From IMG/VR virus record IMGVR_UViG_3300017991_000004, positions 1 to 64,000 of that record: 64,000 nucleotides of DNA; one strand, 5' to 3'. The stretch's first letter is position 1; every line of letters starts with the position of its first letter. Made by a program: the position numbers and the translations under genes. Shown here piece after piece: positions 1 through 10,555 of this stretch. The DNA comes from a virus. The notes under the pieces were generated by a model, which saw nothing but the letters and a program-made list of their open reading frames with translations, had not been told where the DNA came from and searched no databases.

Positions 1-169
1 CACCCTCGTTGTTACCGGGTCGCTGTAAGTAATTTTCTACAATAGCAACAATCGTATTGGAAGAGTCTACCGTAACGAGCCCTAGCTCCCGTGCATAGGA
101 GTGGTAGTCTTTCGCAAAAAAGCGAAAGTAGGCGCCAATACGCTGCTGATAACTTTCAGTGAGCGCCAT
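1..169 (-). CDS. Partial CDS (N-terminus MALTESYQQRIGAYFRFLRK...), probable baseplate/tail protein running off the window
   Basis: ATG at 169-167 overlaps the TAA of the upstream gene (TAATG coupling); frame open to the window edge. Confidence 0.55.
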   Translation of the reverse strand, partial: MALTESYQQRIGAYFRFFAKDYHSYARELGLVTVDSSNTIVAIVENYLQRPGNNEG

Positions 170-2169
170 TATGTCCTCTGAACGTCCACAAACATTTGGG
201 TGTCACCCGTAAACCCCGCACCGAGGTCAGTGATGTGGTCCCAAGCGTAAGTGTGCTTCACACCACCTTCGTAGCGGCTTAACGTCCCTGCGCCTGATGC
301 AACAAAGTTACTGAAACCAGGCCAGGGGGTTCCGCTTGCCCACAGTGTAGTCCCTATCGTTATACCGCCCATTACTACGTTTACCGGGCCAGAATAACTT
401 GCTCCCGCTGGTGTAATGTCAGTCGGTGTTCCATCGGGGTCTACAATCATCGACCACACATCGGAGCCATCTCTGGCTATTTCAATCACATCACCTTCGA
501 TTACAGTCGCCACGCTCCCCGCTTCGACTATGTTGGAATCCAGCGCGCAGTAGAGGCTGTTTACATAGTATGTCCCTGAGTTGTTCCAGACAAAAAACCC
601 ATAAAACTCTTCCGCATCCAATTTCACAAGAACTAGCAAACAGTAGCGGCGAGAAGAGTAGGTCCGCAAGTTAGCCAAATTTGCCAGAGTGAAACGAAAG
701 TTGAAAGCGCCATTAACCCACCATTTACTCTTCACGGCAATACCGGCGTAACTAGGAGCATTACTTGACGTAGTTGGACCGAAGGTTATAGCACCTCCTG
801 TTTCATCCACTTGAAACAAATTGGAAACTTCTGAAAAGCCAAACCCTCCGTCATAAGTCCAGTTGTATGTCGCGGGCTGGACGATTTCCCAGAGGTCTTC
901 ATCAATGCTGGCATCGCCAAAATCGTCACTCAGATGTGAAAGAAGAGTGATTCCCGTAGGTTTTGTAGTAAGCCCAGTCACCCCTTCAGAACCAACACCA
1001 CTTTTCTCAGTACAAACAGAATACGGAGGGGATTCTGCACCGCCCTGACGATAGCGCGGGTCAATATCGGCTGACCCGTTGCTTGCGAGGTCGTATGTCT
1101 CTATTTCAGTCGTGACATAACTCGACGGCGTAGAGTCCGCAGCCGACTTATAATCGGCGCCCTTAGTGTCCGGGTCGTAGATAACTCCAAAGTAAGGATA
1201 TATAACATCGGAGCCGGATTGGACTGCCGTGAATGGTCCTTCCTGAAATTCATAAACCTCCCAACCTGAACCGTAGATTCCATTGCACCGCACAAGGAAT
1301 ACCTGTTCGATATTGGAGATGTCGTCCCTAACCTCAAAAACTCTTTCGTAATCACCCGCAGACGAGCCCTGCCAAGCTGCCGGAAGCCAGCTATTCCGCT
1401 CAGTTGAAGCTCCAGTAGTTTTGTCCATCTCAAAGATGCGAACTGCCTGACCGCCGAAACGCTCTGCAATAGCCCAGAACAATTTCCCATTGAATTTGAA
1501 AAACGCCACGCCTGTGGTGTAAGTTGACACTAATAAATTTATGGAAGAACTACCTACTGGCGTCCAAGTCGATAGAACCATTTTGTATAGAGTAGCCGTA
1601 CCCGGAGAACCGCTTACGAGACATAGTGCGTAAACATCTCCATCGACCTCACACAGTCTATAGCAGTTGCTAAGACCACCATGCCAAATCCAACTTGAGT
1701 TGAACGGATACTGCCAAGAATACGACCCTGTAGCCGCTGTCAGAACATGGAGTTTGTCACCAGCAATACAATGGTCAGAGGAATAAGTATTAACAGCAGT
1801 TACCTCGTCTACCGGGTAAAAAGGAGAGTATCCCCATCCTTGGGAACCGTAGCACACGAAGACAACCCGGTCAAAAAACGGAATTATTCTGTCTTGACAA
1901 GAACGTATCATGCACTGGTACGCTTCGTCTTTTTCCTGGTGATACGCCCACCATCCCCAATAATCTTGAAATCTGTGTCCTCCTGCCGGAAAGAAAAGCC
2001 GTCCGCCATAGGTGAACCCGCCTTTGGCGACGTTATATGACTGTGTGCCACTTTTGTACTGCTGGGATACAGACACAAGGGCGCTGGCTCCTTGCGTTAC
2101 CTTCAGCATGTTACCTTTGGCAAGAGCGCCCTGGTAACGCCCCAGCATCATCGTATGGTCAAGAGCCAT
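169..2169 (-). CDS. Putative baseplate/tail-associated virion protein (beta-rich, possible receptor binding)
   Basis: 666-aa W/Y/G/S/T-rich ORF directly downstream of the baseplate wedge gene. Confidence 0.55.
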   Translation of the reverse strand: MALDHTMMLGRYQGALAKGNMLKVTQGASALVSVSQQYKSGTQSYNVAKGGFTYGGRLFFPAGGHRFQDYWGWWAYHQEKDEAYQCMIRSCQDRIIPFFDRVVFVCYGSQGWGYSPFYPVDEVTAVNTYSSDHCIAGDKLHVLTAATGSYSWQYPFNSSWIWHGGLSNCYRLCEVDGDVYALCLVSGSPGTATLYKMVLSTWTPVGSSSINLLVSTYTTGVAFFKFNGKLFWAIAERFGGQAVRIFEMDKTTGASTERNSWLPAAWQGSSAGDYERVFEVRDDISNIEQVFLVRCNGIYGSGWEVYEFQEGPFTAVQSGSDVIYPYFGVIYDPDTKGADYKSAADSTPSSYVTTEIETYDLASNGSADIDPRYRQGGAESPPYSVCTEKSGVGSEGVTGLTTKPTGITLLSHLSDDFGDASIDEDLWEIVQPATYNWTYDGGFGFSEVSNLFQVDETGGAITFGPTTSSNAPSYAGIAVKSKWWVNGAFNFRFTLANLANLRTYSSRRYCLLVLVKLDAEEFYGFFVWNNSGTYYVNSLYCALDSNIVEAGSVATVIEGDVIEIARDGSDVWSMIVDPDGTPTDITPAGASYSGPVNVVMGGITIGTTLWASGTPWPGFSNFVASGAGTLSRYEGGVKHTYAWDHITDLGAGFTGDTQMFVDVQRT

Positions 2170-2182
2170 TCTAGCTTCTCCC

Positions 2183-5134
2183 TTACAGGTCGATTTCCTC
2201 TTCCAGTTCAGTGATGATAGTTCGTCCGAACGTCCCGATGGCGTTTGCGCCGATAGGAATGTTCTTCGAACTGGACTGTAAAATCGCGTCGTACATGACC
2301 TTCACTTCTTGCCCGGTAGGAATGACGCTCGACAACCGCGCCAAGTAATGCCCAGTCTTGTGCGTCAATCTCGAGGTCGGGTAGTTGTCAGGCGTCGTAC
2401 CCCACAGCTTGCCTTCGTTGTCTGCGTAGAGATAAAGCTCCAAACCTGTCGCCGTCAGAGCCTCTACCGCAAACACAAAAGCAGAATACAACATGGTAGT
2501 TACTGGCGCGAATGAAAGCGGGAACTGATGCGGAGGTGCGCCGGGTGACTGAGGCGGCACTGCAAAGTACAACTTACCAGCACCGGACACTGTATTGAAT
2601 GTGCTGTCCCCACGATTGTCCAGGTAGAAGCCAAACACCTGGTCTTGCCAGTTAACGTACAGTACCGCTTCCGCTCCCCAGCTAGGGTAGGCAGAAAAGT
2701 CCATCTTGACGTTACCGACAGGAACAGGTGAGGGTACACCCGCAGGCCAGCCAGGCACAGTGAAGTCGAACTCCGTTCGTACCCCATCCGCATTTTGGGT
2801 CAATTGCGCAGTGTAATTTACTACGGGGTTGTAGTAAGGGAGAGCAATCCAAGTGAACTGTACCCGACCTGTCCGATAGTCAATGGTGTTCGTTGCAGTC
2901 GGGTCCACATCCCCCACGATGTTGCCTTTACCGTCGTCATAAGCGAGCAGGGTATCTCCACTGGGCGACGGCACAGGAGCCCCGTAACCCCCGATGAAGA
3001 AACACCGGCCTGCCACTACGGGCATGAGGTACGACGGTAGGTAGAAGTCAAGAGCAAGGCCGTCTCCAACGCCGATGGGCGGGCGCTGGATAATCGGCAG
3101 ATACTCCGTAAGACGGTCGAGCTGTTGGATGCCGGGCAACACTAGCGTCAAGTCTTCTTCCCACTCCAACCGCGCCTTGTATCGTGCCTCAGCGGCTACT
3201 GTAGCGTTCAATGTAGGAACAGTTGTGAATGTGACAGTGACCTTGCCTGTATCGTAGTCAGCAGTGTTGGTGCCTGTCGTATCCACATCTCCCGACATAA
3301 CGCCTTCGCCATCGTCGCTGGCTTCCTGAGTTTCTGCTTCCACAATGATTGTCTCAGGAACAATCGCCTGCCCGAGAGGATTGGTGAACTCGAACGAAAA
3401 CTCTGCGGAAACGCCGTCCGCTGTCTGTGAAAGCTCCTCCTTCTCCGAACCGATTATCGAATCAATGTTGACAGAATACACACCTTCGACAGAGTTCAGT
3501 TTACGAAAGAGTTCGTTGATGCGAACGTCCCGGCCCGGCATCACTAGCGCCGAGTCGAAGAACTGCTGGACAATCGCAGTCAACTGACTGAATACCGTCG
3601 TGGCAAAAAAGTTCCGCTGAAGTGAAACCGAAAGGTAGACGTCGAAGTAGTAAGTCGTCCCGTCCACCATCTCTTCATACACACACTGAAGTCTGCGGGC
3701 TTGCAGGAACTTGCGAACCGCTGCCTTCAAAGACTCCCCGGCAGTCGTCAAGCGACCTTCCGTATCGCGGCTCCAAAGAGCTACGTCGATTTGGTTCGAT
3801 TCAGGAACCTCCTGGTGCAACTTGGCTGCCGCATACGCCGGGGCACCGTACCGCGGGTCATAGTATGTCGAGGCTAATACCTCCCAATCATTTCGAGTAA
3901 CCGCTCGATTGTTCGCCTGAACATAACGCGGCGCGTAGTGCTGTGCATGGTCGATAGCCTCGCGTGGGTTACCCCCAGTCCCCTTCGAGTAGTTGACAAT
4001 TCGCACAGGAGTCGATTCCGGATTTACTCCTGCGGCAGGGTCAGGTGCCGCCCCGATGTAGCCTTGTACCTCCAAGTCCAACGCACCCGGTTCAATGTTG
4101 CCAACCACCCCGCCGCCCACTCGACACACTACTTTGACCTCGGCACCTATGGGCGGAATCTTACCGTTGTCGTCGTTACCGAAGGCAACAGTTGGCTGCT
4201 CAGTATCCGAATAAGTAAGTTCGTACCGTTTCTGAGCTCCTGCAAGAAGGTAGATGCAGTCTACGACTGCTCCAGCAGCGGGAGCCGAACCGTCTGCGGC
4301 CAAGCCGAACCGCACCCAGGTGTTGCCCGCGGCGTCCTGGTACACCTTAAACTCTTCAGGCCCACCCGTGTAATTCGTGACTTGAATCCATTCGACACCG
4401 TCGATAAGCACGGTGGGCTTGTCATTGTTGTTAATGTCTGCGATGGCATTCAGGCGCGTGAGCAGGTACTCCTGATTGTCCGTGCCGTCGCCCGTGAAAA
4501 CATCCCGCGCAAGTGCATCACCTTCGATGTAGACCACACTGTCAGTCTCTTCCCACTCCTCGTCCGCAACGGTGATTACTACGCTGCCTTCGATGACGTT
4601 CTCGAACGGAACTAGGAATCTCTGGTAGGGAGTACCATCGGAGATGAAGGTGACCTCTTTTGTGATACCTTCCGTCACCACTATGAGTTCGTCAGTGGTG
4701 CTGTCGGGCCAGAAGTTCGCAAACGCCGGAATGGTTGCGTCTTCGAGGAACTCAAAATAAGTATCCCCGTAAGGCACCGCCGTACCTGCTGGTATAACTA
4801 CTGAAACCGGTTGAGTCGGATTCGGATAGGCGCGAATTGCGGCGGAAGCCGCAGTGGGAGGCCGCATCCGGTATCCCATGCCCTTGGTAATTGCGTTGAC
4901 CGTTTCCCGGTCGTCAGCAAGAACCAGGTAATCGTTCAACCAACGCCGGTTGAAATAAAAGGCGTCCTGTTCGTGAAGCCAAGCCATTGTGGACAGCATG
5001 GCTCGCGGAACGTCCTGGTCGAGCAGGGTTTCCCAGTAACCGTCAGGAAACTGGGCGCGAAGCAGCACTATCAAAGCCTCAATAGTGCTCTGGTATGTTC
5101 TTGCAGTGTACTGCTGAGTAGGTACTTGCGCCAT
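2183..5134 (-). CDS. Baseplate wedge protein (T4 gp6 / baseplate J-like)
   Basis: N-terminal YQSTIEAL...GYRMRP, FGDG-like motifs (FGNDDNGKIPP), NRAVTRNDW motif; 983 aa; follows gp25-like gene. Confidence 0.85.
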   Translation of the reverse strand: MAQVPTQQYTARTYQSTIEALIVLLRAQFPDGYWETLLDQDVPRAMLSTMAWLHEQDAFYFNRRWLNDYLVLADDRETVNAITKGMGYRMRPPTAASAAIRAYPNPTQPVSVVIPAGTAVPYGDTYFEFLEDATIPAFANFWPDSTTDELIVVTEGITKEVTFISDGTPYQRFLVPFENVIEGSVVITVADEEWEETDSVVYIEGDALARDVFTGDGTDNQEYLLTRLNAIADINNNDKPTVLIDGVEWIQVTNYTGGPEEFKVYQDAAGNTWVRFGLAADGSAPAAGAVVDCIYLLAGAQKRYELTYSDTEQPTVAFGNDDNGKIPPIGAEVKVVCRVGGGVVGNIEPGALDLEVQGYIGAAPDPAAGVNPESTPVRIVNYSKGTGGNPREAIDHAQHYAPRYVQANNRAVTRNDWEVLASTYYDPRYGAPAYAAAKLHQEVPESNQIDVALWSRDTEGRLTTAGESLKAAVRKFLQARRLQCVYEEMVDGTTYYFDVYLSVSLQRNFFATTVFSQLTAIVQQFFDSALVMPGRDVRINELFRKLNSVEGVYSVNIDSIIGSEKEELSQTADGVSAEFSFEFTNPLGQAIVPETIIVEAETQEASDDGEGVMSGDVDTTGTNTADYDTGKVTVTFTTVPTLNATVAAEARYKARLEWEEDLTLVLPGIQQLDRLTEYLPIIQRPPIGVGDGLALDFYLPSYLMPVVAGRCFFIGGYGAPVPSPSGDTLLAYDDGKGNIVGDVDPTATNTIDYRTGRVQFTWIALPYYNPVVNYTAQLTQNADGVRTEFDFTVPGWPAGVPSPVPVGNVKMDFSAYPSWGAEAVLYVNWQDQVFGFYLDNRGDSTFNTVSGAGKLYFAVPPQSPGAPPHQFPLSFAPVTTMLYSAFVFAVEALTATGLELYLYADNEGKLWGTTPDNYPTSRLTHKTGHYLARLSSVIPTGQEVKVMYDAILQSSSKNIPIGANAIGTFGRTIITELEEEIDL

Positions 5135-5526
5135 TATGCTGCCCTTCTCATGTCTACATCCTTGACCTTTGCGATTCGCACCGTCTCCGACGGGTCGTCG
5201 TAGGCAATAAACGCTACGGTGAAGGATATAGTGTAGTTGTCCACATCAAACGAAGCGTCCAAACCTACCACCCGCAGCCGGGGTTCTTGCTCTGCGATGT
5301 CGTCGAAAGCATAGAACTGAATCAACTGCTGACTAATGGTGTCGTTCAGGTCGAATACATACTTCCGCAAAACTGAACCAAACTCAGGTGCCCACGGAAC
5401 AGTACCCTTCTCCGTAAGCAGAATGTTACGGATGGCGGTTTCGTACACCTCCTCTACCGATTTAGGGGCGAAGACTCCCTCTACCCCGGACCCGGCGAAC
5501 GGGAATGCCATGACTGGTTCGGCCAT
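5134..5526 (-). CDS. Baseplate wedge subunit, gp25/GPW-like
   Basis: IRNILLTEKGTVPWAPEFGS...EPRL matches the gp25 signature. Confidence 0.85.
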   Translation of the reverse strand: MAEPVMAFPFAGSGVEGVFAPKSVEEVYETAIRNILLTEKGTVPWAPEFGSVLRKYVFDLNDTISQQLIQFYAFDDIAEQEPRLRVVGLDASFDVDNYTISFTVAFIAYDDPSETVRIAKVKDVDMRRAA

Positions 5527-5538
5527 CGTCCTGCTCCA

Positions 5539-5556
5539 TCTGCTGGTACCAGCAGA
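5539..5556. repeat. 18-bp perfect palindrome TCTGCTGGTACCAGCAGA (copy 1)
   Basis: Exact copy, intergenic, tandem with copy 2 (6-bp TAAAAG spacer). Confidence 0.95.
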
Positions 5557-5562
5557 TAAAAG

Positions 5563-5580
5563 TCTGCTGGTACCAGCAGA
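5563..5580. repeat. 18-bp palindrome (copy 2)
   Basis: Exact copy abutting the TAG of the spike gene. Confidence 0.95.
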
Positions 5581-6465
5581 CTATTTTAACTTAGTTACCG
5601 TCGAAAGTTCAGTACCAGGCATCAAGGGCGTACCCGGCGGAACTGCTCCCGCAACCGGACCCCCCGTCGTACCAGAACCGGCAGCAGCCGCCCAGACATA
5701 TGGGTGTCCGTGGTTCAACCAGGTCTGGGAGAAAGTGGTGCCTAACACTGCTGCCTCTGTCGCACCTAATCCAATCTCCATAAGCGCCGCAGTTAGTATC
5801 GCCTTGGCGGTTCCGCTTACTGTAGCCTCCCCCGAGGCTTCGTTTATTTCCACCTTCTGACCTGTCGGTGATTCCATCGAAGCTGTCTGTGCAACCTCAC
5901 TCAAGTTCAGCTTAAACCCCGTAGGAGTCTCCAGCAAAACCTGCTGTAGCGTTTCGTTCAGAATCAGCTTGTAAGGTTGTCCAGGTCCCGAATCAGAAAC
6001 GACCTCTACCTTCTTCTGAGTGAGGTCCATAACAATTTGAGTCAGGCTCGGCTGCGGCATCTTCAGGGTGATGGTCTTCAGTTGCTCGTTGATAACAATG
6101 CCGTAACCTCCCGGCGTAATCCACATCCAGCCTTTAGGCTCTAACCCCTGCTTGGCTGCGGTGAACTCCGCTGGAACTCCTGGCGGCGTAGTCCGGTGCC
6201 CTCCCCCTATCCACATGGGATAGTCCTTGTCACCGTGCTTGAAAATCACATTGACGATAGACTGCACCGGCGGCACGCCAATCAAACCGCACTGAAATCC
6301 TGCAAACATAAAGTTCGGCCAAGCCCAAGGCAACTGAAGGTCAGGAGTATCAGTTGCCTCCCCGTGGATGTCGTAAATGCGAATACGAACTGCGCCGGGC
6401 GGCTCAGTGGCCGGCGCTTTCGTATCTACTACGATACCATCCCAAAAACCTGGATAGATTTTCAT
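5581..6465 (-). CDS. Baseplate spike / gp5-like (phage baseplate V OB-fold)
   Basis: GIVVD...VRIRIYDIHG...LPWAWP...VPPVQSIVNVIFKHGDKDYPMWIGG; C-terminal HGH motif; start taken at MKIYPG. Confidence 0.8.
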   Translation of the reverse strand: MKIYPGFWDGIVVDTKAPATEPPGAVRIRIYDIHGEATDTPDLQLPWAWPNFMFAGFQCGLIGVPPVQSIVNVIFKHGDKDYPMWIGGGHRTTPPGVPAEFTAAKQGLEPKGWMWITPGGYGIVINEQLKTITLKMPQPSLTQIVMDLTQKKVEVVSDSGPGQPYKLILNETLQQVLLETPTGFKLNLSEVAQTASMESPTGQKVEINEASGEATVSGTAKAILTAALMEIGLGATEAAVLGTTFSQTWLNHGHPYVWAAAAGSGTTGGPVAGAVPPGTPLMPGTELSTVTKLK

Positions 6466-6466
6466 G

Positions 6467-7660
6467 TCAGCTTCCAAGGGGCACCGCCGCTACTTTCGTG
6501 GGTGAAAAGTTGCCTGCCCCTGCTCGATAAGTATCAGAGCCCATTGACATCGACACAGGCGCACCCGTAGCCGGTTGCGGCCCGGCGTAAGATTCTTGCC
6601 GGTAACCCACTACAGTTGTCACAATCCGCTCTGGCGAATACGACAACTGATACTCGTAAACCGCATAGCGGCCTTCTGTAAATGCCCCCGCGCCATCTGC
6701 ATCCTTCGCGGAAATCTCTACCATGTCGCGCAACTGGATGGTTAAGTCGTTCAACACCCGCATCGCCATCCCGTAATAGCGCGGCGTGTGCTTCGCCTGC
6801 TCCCGCAGGGCAACCGCGCGAAGGGTATTGAGGTTACCAGTGCCGCATACTACTACTTTCTTTTGGCTCGCAATCGCTTGCGGTAGCTTGTCAGCCAATG
6901 CAGCGTTCGGAGCAGTTATCGGACTTGCGAGGTAGAACGCAGGCAACCCCGTAGCGCGGTTGAATCCTCGAGCCTCCACTACTATCCCTCGCCGTGCAAC
7001 CTGGCCCCCGTAATACCGAAAGCGCACTCGAAAGACCCGGTCGTCGTCTTCTGTGAGGTCGTACTGCCGCACAGAAGGTGCTGCGAAATTAATGGGTTTA
7101 ATAGTCAACTTTCGCTTTTCAATATTTAGATAGGCATCCCCTCGATTGTTCTGTGAAGGCACATAATCCGACATCAGTTCTTGAAGGAAATTCCAATCCG
7201 TTTGATTGGCCTGCCACCAGTTGTCCAAAATAGACGTTGTCTGAATGTCCGGCACCAACTGGTACAGAGCGGCAATCTGCTTAACAACCGAGCTGGCCGT
7301 CGTCTGGTAAAACGCTCGCCGCTTGTCTTGCAGCATCATGTTCAATTCAATCCCACCGCCTTCTATGCGCCCTTTCATGTAAGTTCCGCGCAGGTCGCCG
7401 TCAGACAGGTCTACAACCAAACTGAGCCAGCCTGTGTCAGAGATATTGCCGTCCTTTTGTCCAGTTACTTTGACTTGGAACTGAAGGCCGTTTCCAATCA
7501 TGAAGTTCTTCCAGAAGTCCCACTGCGACGTATCAAAATACAGTCGCCAGCGCGTATGCCCGCGCAGAAGGGAGTTCTTGTAGACGAACCTCCTAACAAA
7601 GGGAGTGAGGTCCTCAATTCCCTTTTCCGTCAGCAACAGTAATTGTCCGCTACCCGCCAC
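6467..7660 (-). CDS. Baseplate hub protein (gp27 / late control D-like)
   Basis: ASSVVKQIA...Q.NQTDWNFLQEL motif typical of the gpD/VgrG hub; GTG start at 7660 with AAGGA RBS (ORF track extends to 7708). Confidence 0.75.
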   Translation of the reverse strand: MAGSGQLLLLTEKGIEDLTPFVRRFVYKNSLLRGHTRWRLYFDTSQWDFWKNFMIGNGLQFQVKVTGQKDGNISDTGWLSLVVDLSDGDLRGTYMKGRIEGGGIELNMMLQDKRRAFYQTTASSVVKQIAALYQLVPDIQTTSILDNWWQANQTDWNFLQELMSDYVPSQNNRGDAYLNIEKRKLTIKPINFAAPSVRQYDLTEDDDRVFRVRFRYYGGQVARRGIVVEARGFNRATGLPAFYLASPITAPNAALADKLPQAIASQKKVVVCGTGNLNTLRAVALREQAKHTPRYYGMAMRVLNDLTIQLRDMVEISAKDADGAGAFTEGRYAVYEYQLSYSPERIVTTVVGYRQESYAGPQPATGAPVSMSMGSDTYRAGAGNFSPTKVAAVPLGS

Positions 7661-7982
7661 CTGTCGTTCCTTGTAAGGCTTGGTAAATGCGAGCCAGCTT
7701 GGGAACAATTAGGACCATCCCCGGCACTACATCACGGGGAACATAGTCAATCTTGTTCGCGATAATCAGCGCACCAGTCAATTCCCGCGTACCGTATTGC
7801 TCAAAGGATATGAGGTCCAAGCGTCCGCGGTCGCGCTCTGACACTCGTACCTTTTTCTCGTCGCCATCGAGGATAATCTCCGGGGGCTTCCACAGCCCAA
7901 AGAATACCTTGCCCTTGCTCTGAAGGAGCTTGGTTTCCTTGTAAAAGGAATTGAACGGTAATTCGAGTTCAAAGTCAGCCAT
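7650..7982 (-). CDS. Baseplate wedge gp53 / tail-X LysM-like protein
   Basis: RLDLISFEQYG...IIANKI...PGMVLIVP pattern. Confidence 0.7.
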   Translation of the reverse strand: MADFELELPFNSFYKETKLLQSKGKVFFGLWKPPEIILDGDEKKVRVSERDRGRLDLISFEQYGTRELTGALIIANKIDYVPRDVVPGMVLIVPKLARIYQALQGTTGGG

Positions 7983-8614
7983 TAGAGCAACCGAGCCACA
8001 AGACTGTCAGGAGTATAACCGTCCTTGATGTCGTACCAGTTGGGGTAAAACCCGCTTTCCGGCTGAAAAGTTAGTTGTACGTTCGCACCGTGGGGTTTAC
8101 CGGAGATGGGTTCATACGGTCCCATCCAGGTAACCGTCCATGCTGTCACCTTGCCCTGCAAGGTCATAAACAAACCCCAAACAAACAACACAAAGGGAGG
8201 GTCAGCCGTCTGTCCACCGTAGCTGGACATAGCCGTTCGGGCGAACTTTTTCGCTTCGCCTAACTTGTACTTTGCCGCCCGCTGCGGCCGAAGGCGAGGG
8301 CGAGGGAACGGTGCTGCCTTTATCCAGTTCACCTTGTTCAACATCCTGCCAATGATAACCCCACGAGGACCGAAGGACGCTAGGTCCATACCCGCGCGGA
8401 ATTGCAGGTTGATATTGATAGGATTCCAATCACCGCCCTGCCACAGCCTGCCGAAGGGTTCTGCGGCTCGCCCCGACGTCTTGACGTAGTCTGCGTTGTA
8501 CCCTTCGGTGATGCCCTCTTCTACTGGAAAGGACTGAAACTCAATCCGAGACGTCGGGTCGTTCTTCAATACCAGCGCACAAGGCGAATAGTTAAAGTCA
8601 ATTACGCTGACCAT
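7982..8614 (-). CDS. Tail tube initiator-like (CIS tube family) protein
   Basis: PPFVLFVWG...G.P..ANVQLTF motif; position between tape measure and LysM-like gene. Confidence 0.65.
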   Translation of the reverse strand: MVSVIDFNYSPCALVLKNDPTSRIEFQSFPVEEGITEGYNADYVKTSGRAAEPFGRLWQGGDWNPININLQFRAGMDLASFGPRGVIIGRMLNKVNWIKAAPFPRPRLRPQRAAKYKLGEAKKFARTAMSSYGGQTADPPFVLFVWGLFMTLQGKVTAWTVTWMGPYEPISGKPHGANVQLTFQPESGFYPNWYDIKDGYTPDSLVARLL

Positions 8615-10368
8615 TAGAGCCCCTCCGGCAGCATCTCGTCTGTCGCCTCAGCCTGGTCCATCAGAACTTGCTCGATAGATTCCAGCGTTCGGTGGATACC
8701 TTTCAGAATGTTCACAGTAGTCATGCCTTCTCCGGCGGCTGCGCCGGTCGGCTTGCCTTTCATTACGCTTTTCAACATACGCGGAAGGTACTCCATCACA
8801 CCTTCGGGTGTATCAGGTACAACCCATTCAGGCGTAACCTCCGCAACCTCGACCAATTCACGCTCACGCACATAGCCGCCGCCGGCCATCTGCCGCATCC
8901 GAATTTTGGCAGCCGTGACGGCTTGCTGTTTTTGAATCTCCATCTCCGCTTTTTTGAAGGCAAGACGTTGCTCGTCCCATCCGGCTTTACGGAGACGTTC
9001 GATAGTACGCGTGATATTCTTGTCCCATTGGGCGGCAACTACACCAGGGGCGGCCTGTGTCTGTTCAAACGCCGCTTGTCCGGCTTCTTCCTTCTCTCGT
9101 TGTTTCTTGACAGATGCCTTCTCTTCAACAATGCCGAGGATACGGAGAGCCTCGACAGTGTCGTCTATCATCTTGCTAATCCATTCGATAGCACCTTTGG
9201 TATACTCAATCACCTTGCCTAGTGCTTTAATGATGCCGTCCGCAACCTGACCGACTACATCTTCATTCGTTTCCCACCAGTTCACCATGTCAGTAAGAAA
9301 CTGCCCCAAGTCGTCGATGGCAGGGTCCAGTGCGTCTACTAAATTGATTAACCCATCAACCATCTTGTCGAGTAATTTGATGGCAAGGGGCGTCAGGAAC
9401 TTGGCAATAAACAGCGCCAGGAGCTTCATCAGTGGCGGCAGCAGTTTGACTATGATGGGAGTTAGTTTCTCGAAAAGTTCCACCATGCTCCAAAGTAGCC
9501 CGATGAACTCGGGGTCCTTCAGAGTCTTGGCAAACTCCTCCAACAACGTCTCGAAAGCGTCCCCCAACCCTTTGAGTATCAGGTTGGCTATCTTCTGCAT
9601 AACCATGAAAAATCGAGGCAGGTACGGCTTGATGGCTTCGATGAATTGAACGGCAAAAGTGACTAAACTTTTGAACATCCGAATCAGAGTTCGGAACAGA
9701 GTGCCGCCTACCGGTTTCAGGAAATCTCGCACGAACGAACTGGCAATGTCTTTTATGAGGGGCAGCAGGTCATCAAAGACACTGAGCATATCGTCCAACG
9801 CGCCGCTGTCGATGAACTCACCGATGTTATCGACGAACTTCACCATCATCGCCACGATAGGGTCTAGAAACTTCATGATGTAGGGCAAGACCTTCACCGA
9901 CAATCGGTGAAATGCTACCGACAGCGGTGCAAAGGCTCCGGTGATGGCGTTCTTCAAGGTATCCATCGCCGGTTGCAAGGTATCGGAAATAACACCTACC
10001 AACATCATGAAGGGCTTGATTAACGGAAGAAGAGGACCGAGCAGAACTGCGAGGCCGCCGATTTTACCAATGAACTTGAGAGCACTGACAACGCCGCCGA
10101 GCCGGTTCTCGATTTGGAACGTACTGCGTCCCCAAGCGAACAGACCTTTGCCTACACGCCCGACACTAGACAGCACTTTCTTGCCGCCCAACTCCGCGAG
10201 TTTAACGGTAGTCTTGGACACCCAATCCGTCACCATCGTCAAACCCTTCGTGGTAGTATCCACGAATATATCGACAGAATCGGTAGCCTTGGCAAGACCT
10301 TTCTCCAGAGGCTCTGCGACGTACTCGTAGAGAAAAGCGAAACTCTCGACGTTATCTCGTTTTGGCAT
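8614..10368 (-). CDS. Tape measure protein
   Basis: Long amphipathic helical repeats, C-terminal MAGGGYV...VAE..PEWVVP motif; synteny. Confidence 0.75.
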   Translation of the reverse strand: MPKRDNVESFAFLYEYVAEPLEKGLAKATDSVDIFVDTTTKGLTMVTDWVSKTTVKLAELGGKKVLSSVGRVGKGLFAWGRSTFQIENRLGGVVSALKFIGKIGGLAVLLGPLLPLIKPFMMLVGVISDTLQPAMDTLKNAITGAFAPLSVAFHRLSVKVLPYIMKFLDPIVAMMVKFVDNIGEFIDSGALDDMLSVFDDLLPLIKDIASSFVRDFLKPVGGTLFRTLIRMFKSLVTFAVQFIEAIKPYLPRFFMVMQKIANLILKGLGDAFETLLEEFAKTLKDPEFIGLLWSMVELFEKLTPIIVKLLPPLMKLLALFIAKFLTPLAIKLLDKMVDGLINLVDALDPAIDDLGQFLTDMVNWWETNEDVVGQVADGIIKALGKVIEYTKGAIEWISKMIDDTVEALRILGIVEEKASVKKQREKEEAGQAAFEQTQAAPGVVAAQWDKNITRTIERLRKAGWDEQRLAFKKAEMEIQKQQAVTAAKIRMRQMAGGGYVRERELVEVAEVTPEWVVPDTPEGVMEYLPRMLKSVMKGKPTGAAAGEGMTTVNILKGIHRTLESIEQVLMDQAEATDEMLPEGL

Positions 10369-10555
10369 TACGCTTCGCCTTCTGCCGTTCCTGCTCCAGC
10401 TTCCTCAGACGTCGATTCTCCCTGACGCAGTAATCGTCCCTCTGCCAGGGAGCCATCATCGCCCAGTCCGCCCAAGTCAGTCCCCCCTGCCCGGAGTTCA
10501 GCATCGAGTGCCTTTGCCGCCTTAGACTGTCTATGCTCGGAATCCACTCGACGAA
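10352..10555 (-). CDS. Overlapping alternative-frame ORF, gp51-like tail/baseplate hub assembly chaperone segment
   Basis: +1 frame after TTT TTT CGT reads FVEWIPSIDSLRRQRHSMLNSGQGGLTWADWAMMAPWQRDDYCVRENRRLRKLEQERQKAKRNAKTR*; internal ATG at 10504. Confidence 0.55.
   Translation of the reverse strand, partial: FVEWIPSIDSLRRQRHSMLNSGQGGLTWADWAMMAPWQRDDYCVRENRRLRKLEQERQKAKRNAKTR

Noticed and set aside
5539-5580. Tandem palindromes as a mini-CRISPR array
   Set aside because: The spacer is only 6 bp, other copies are kilobases apart, and no cas genes were seen.
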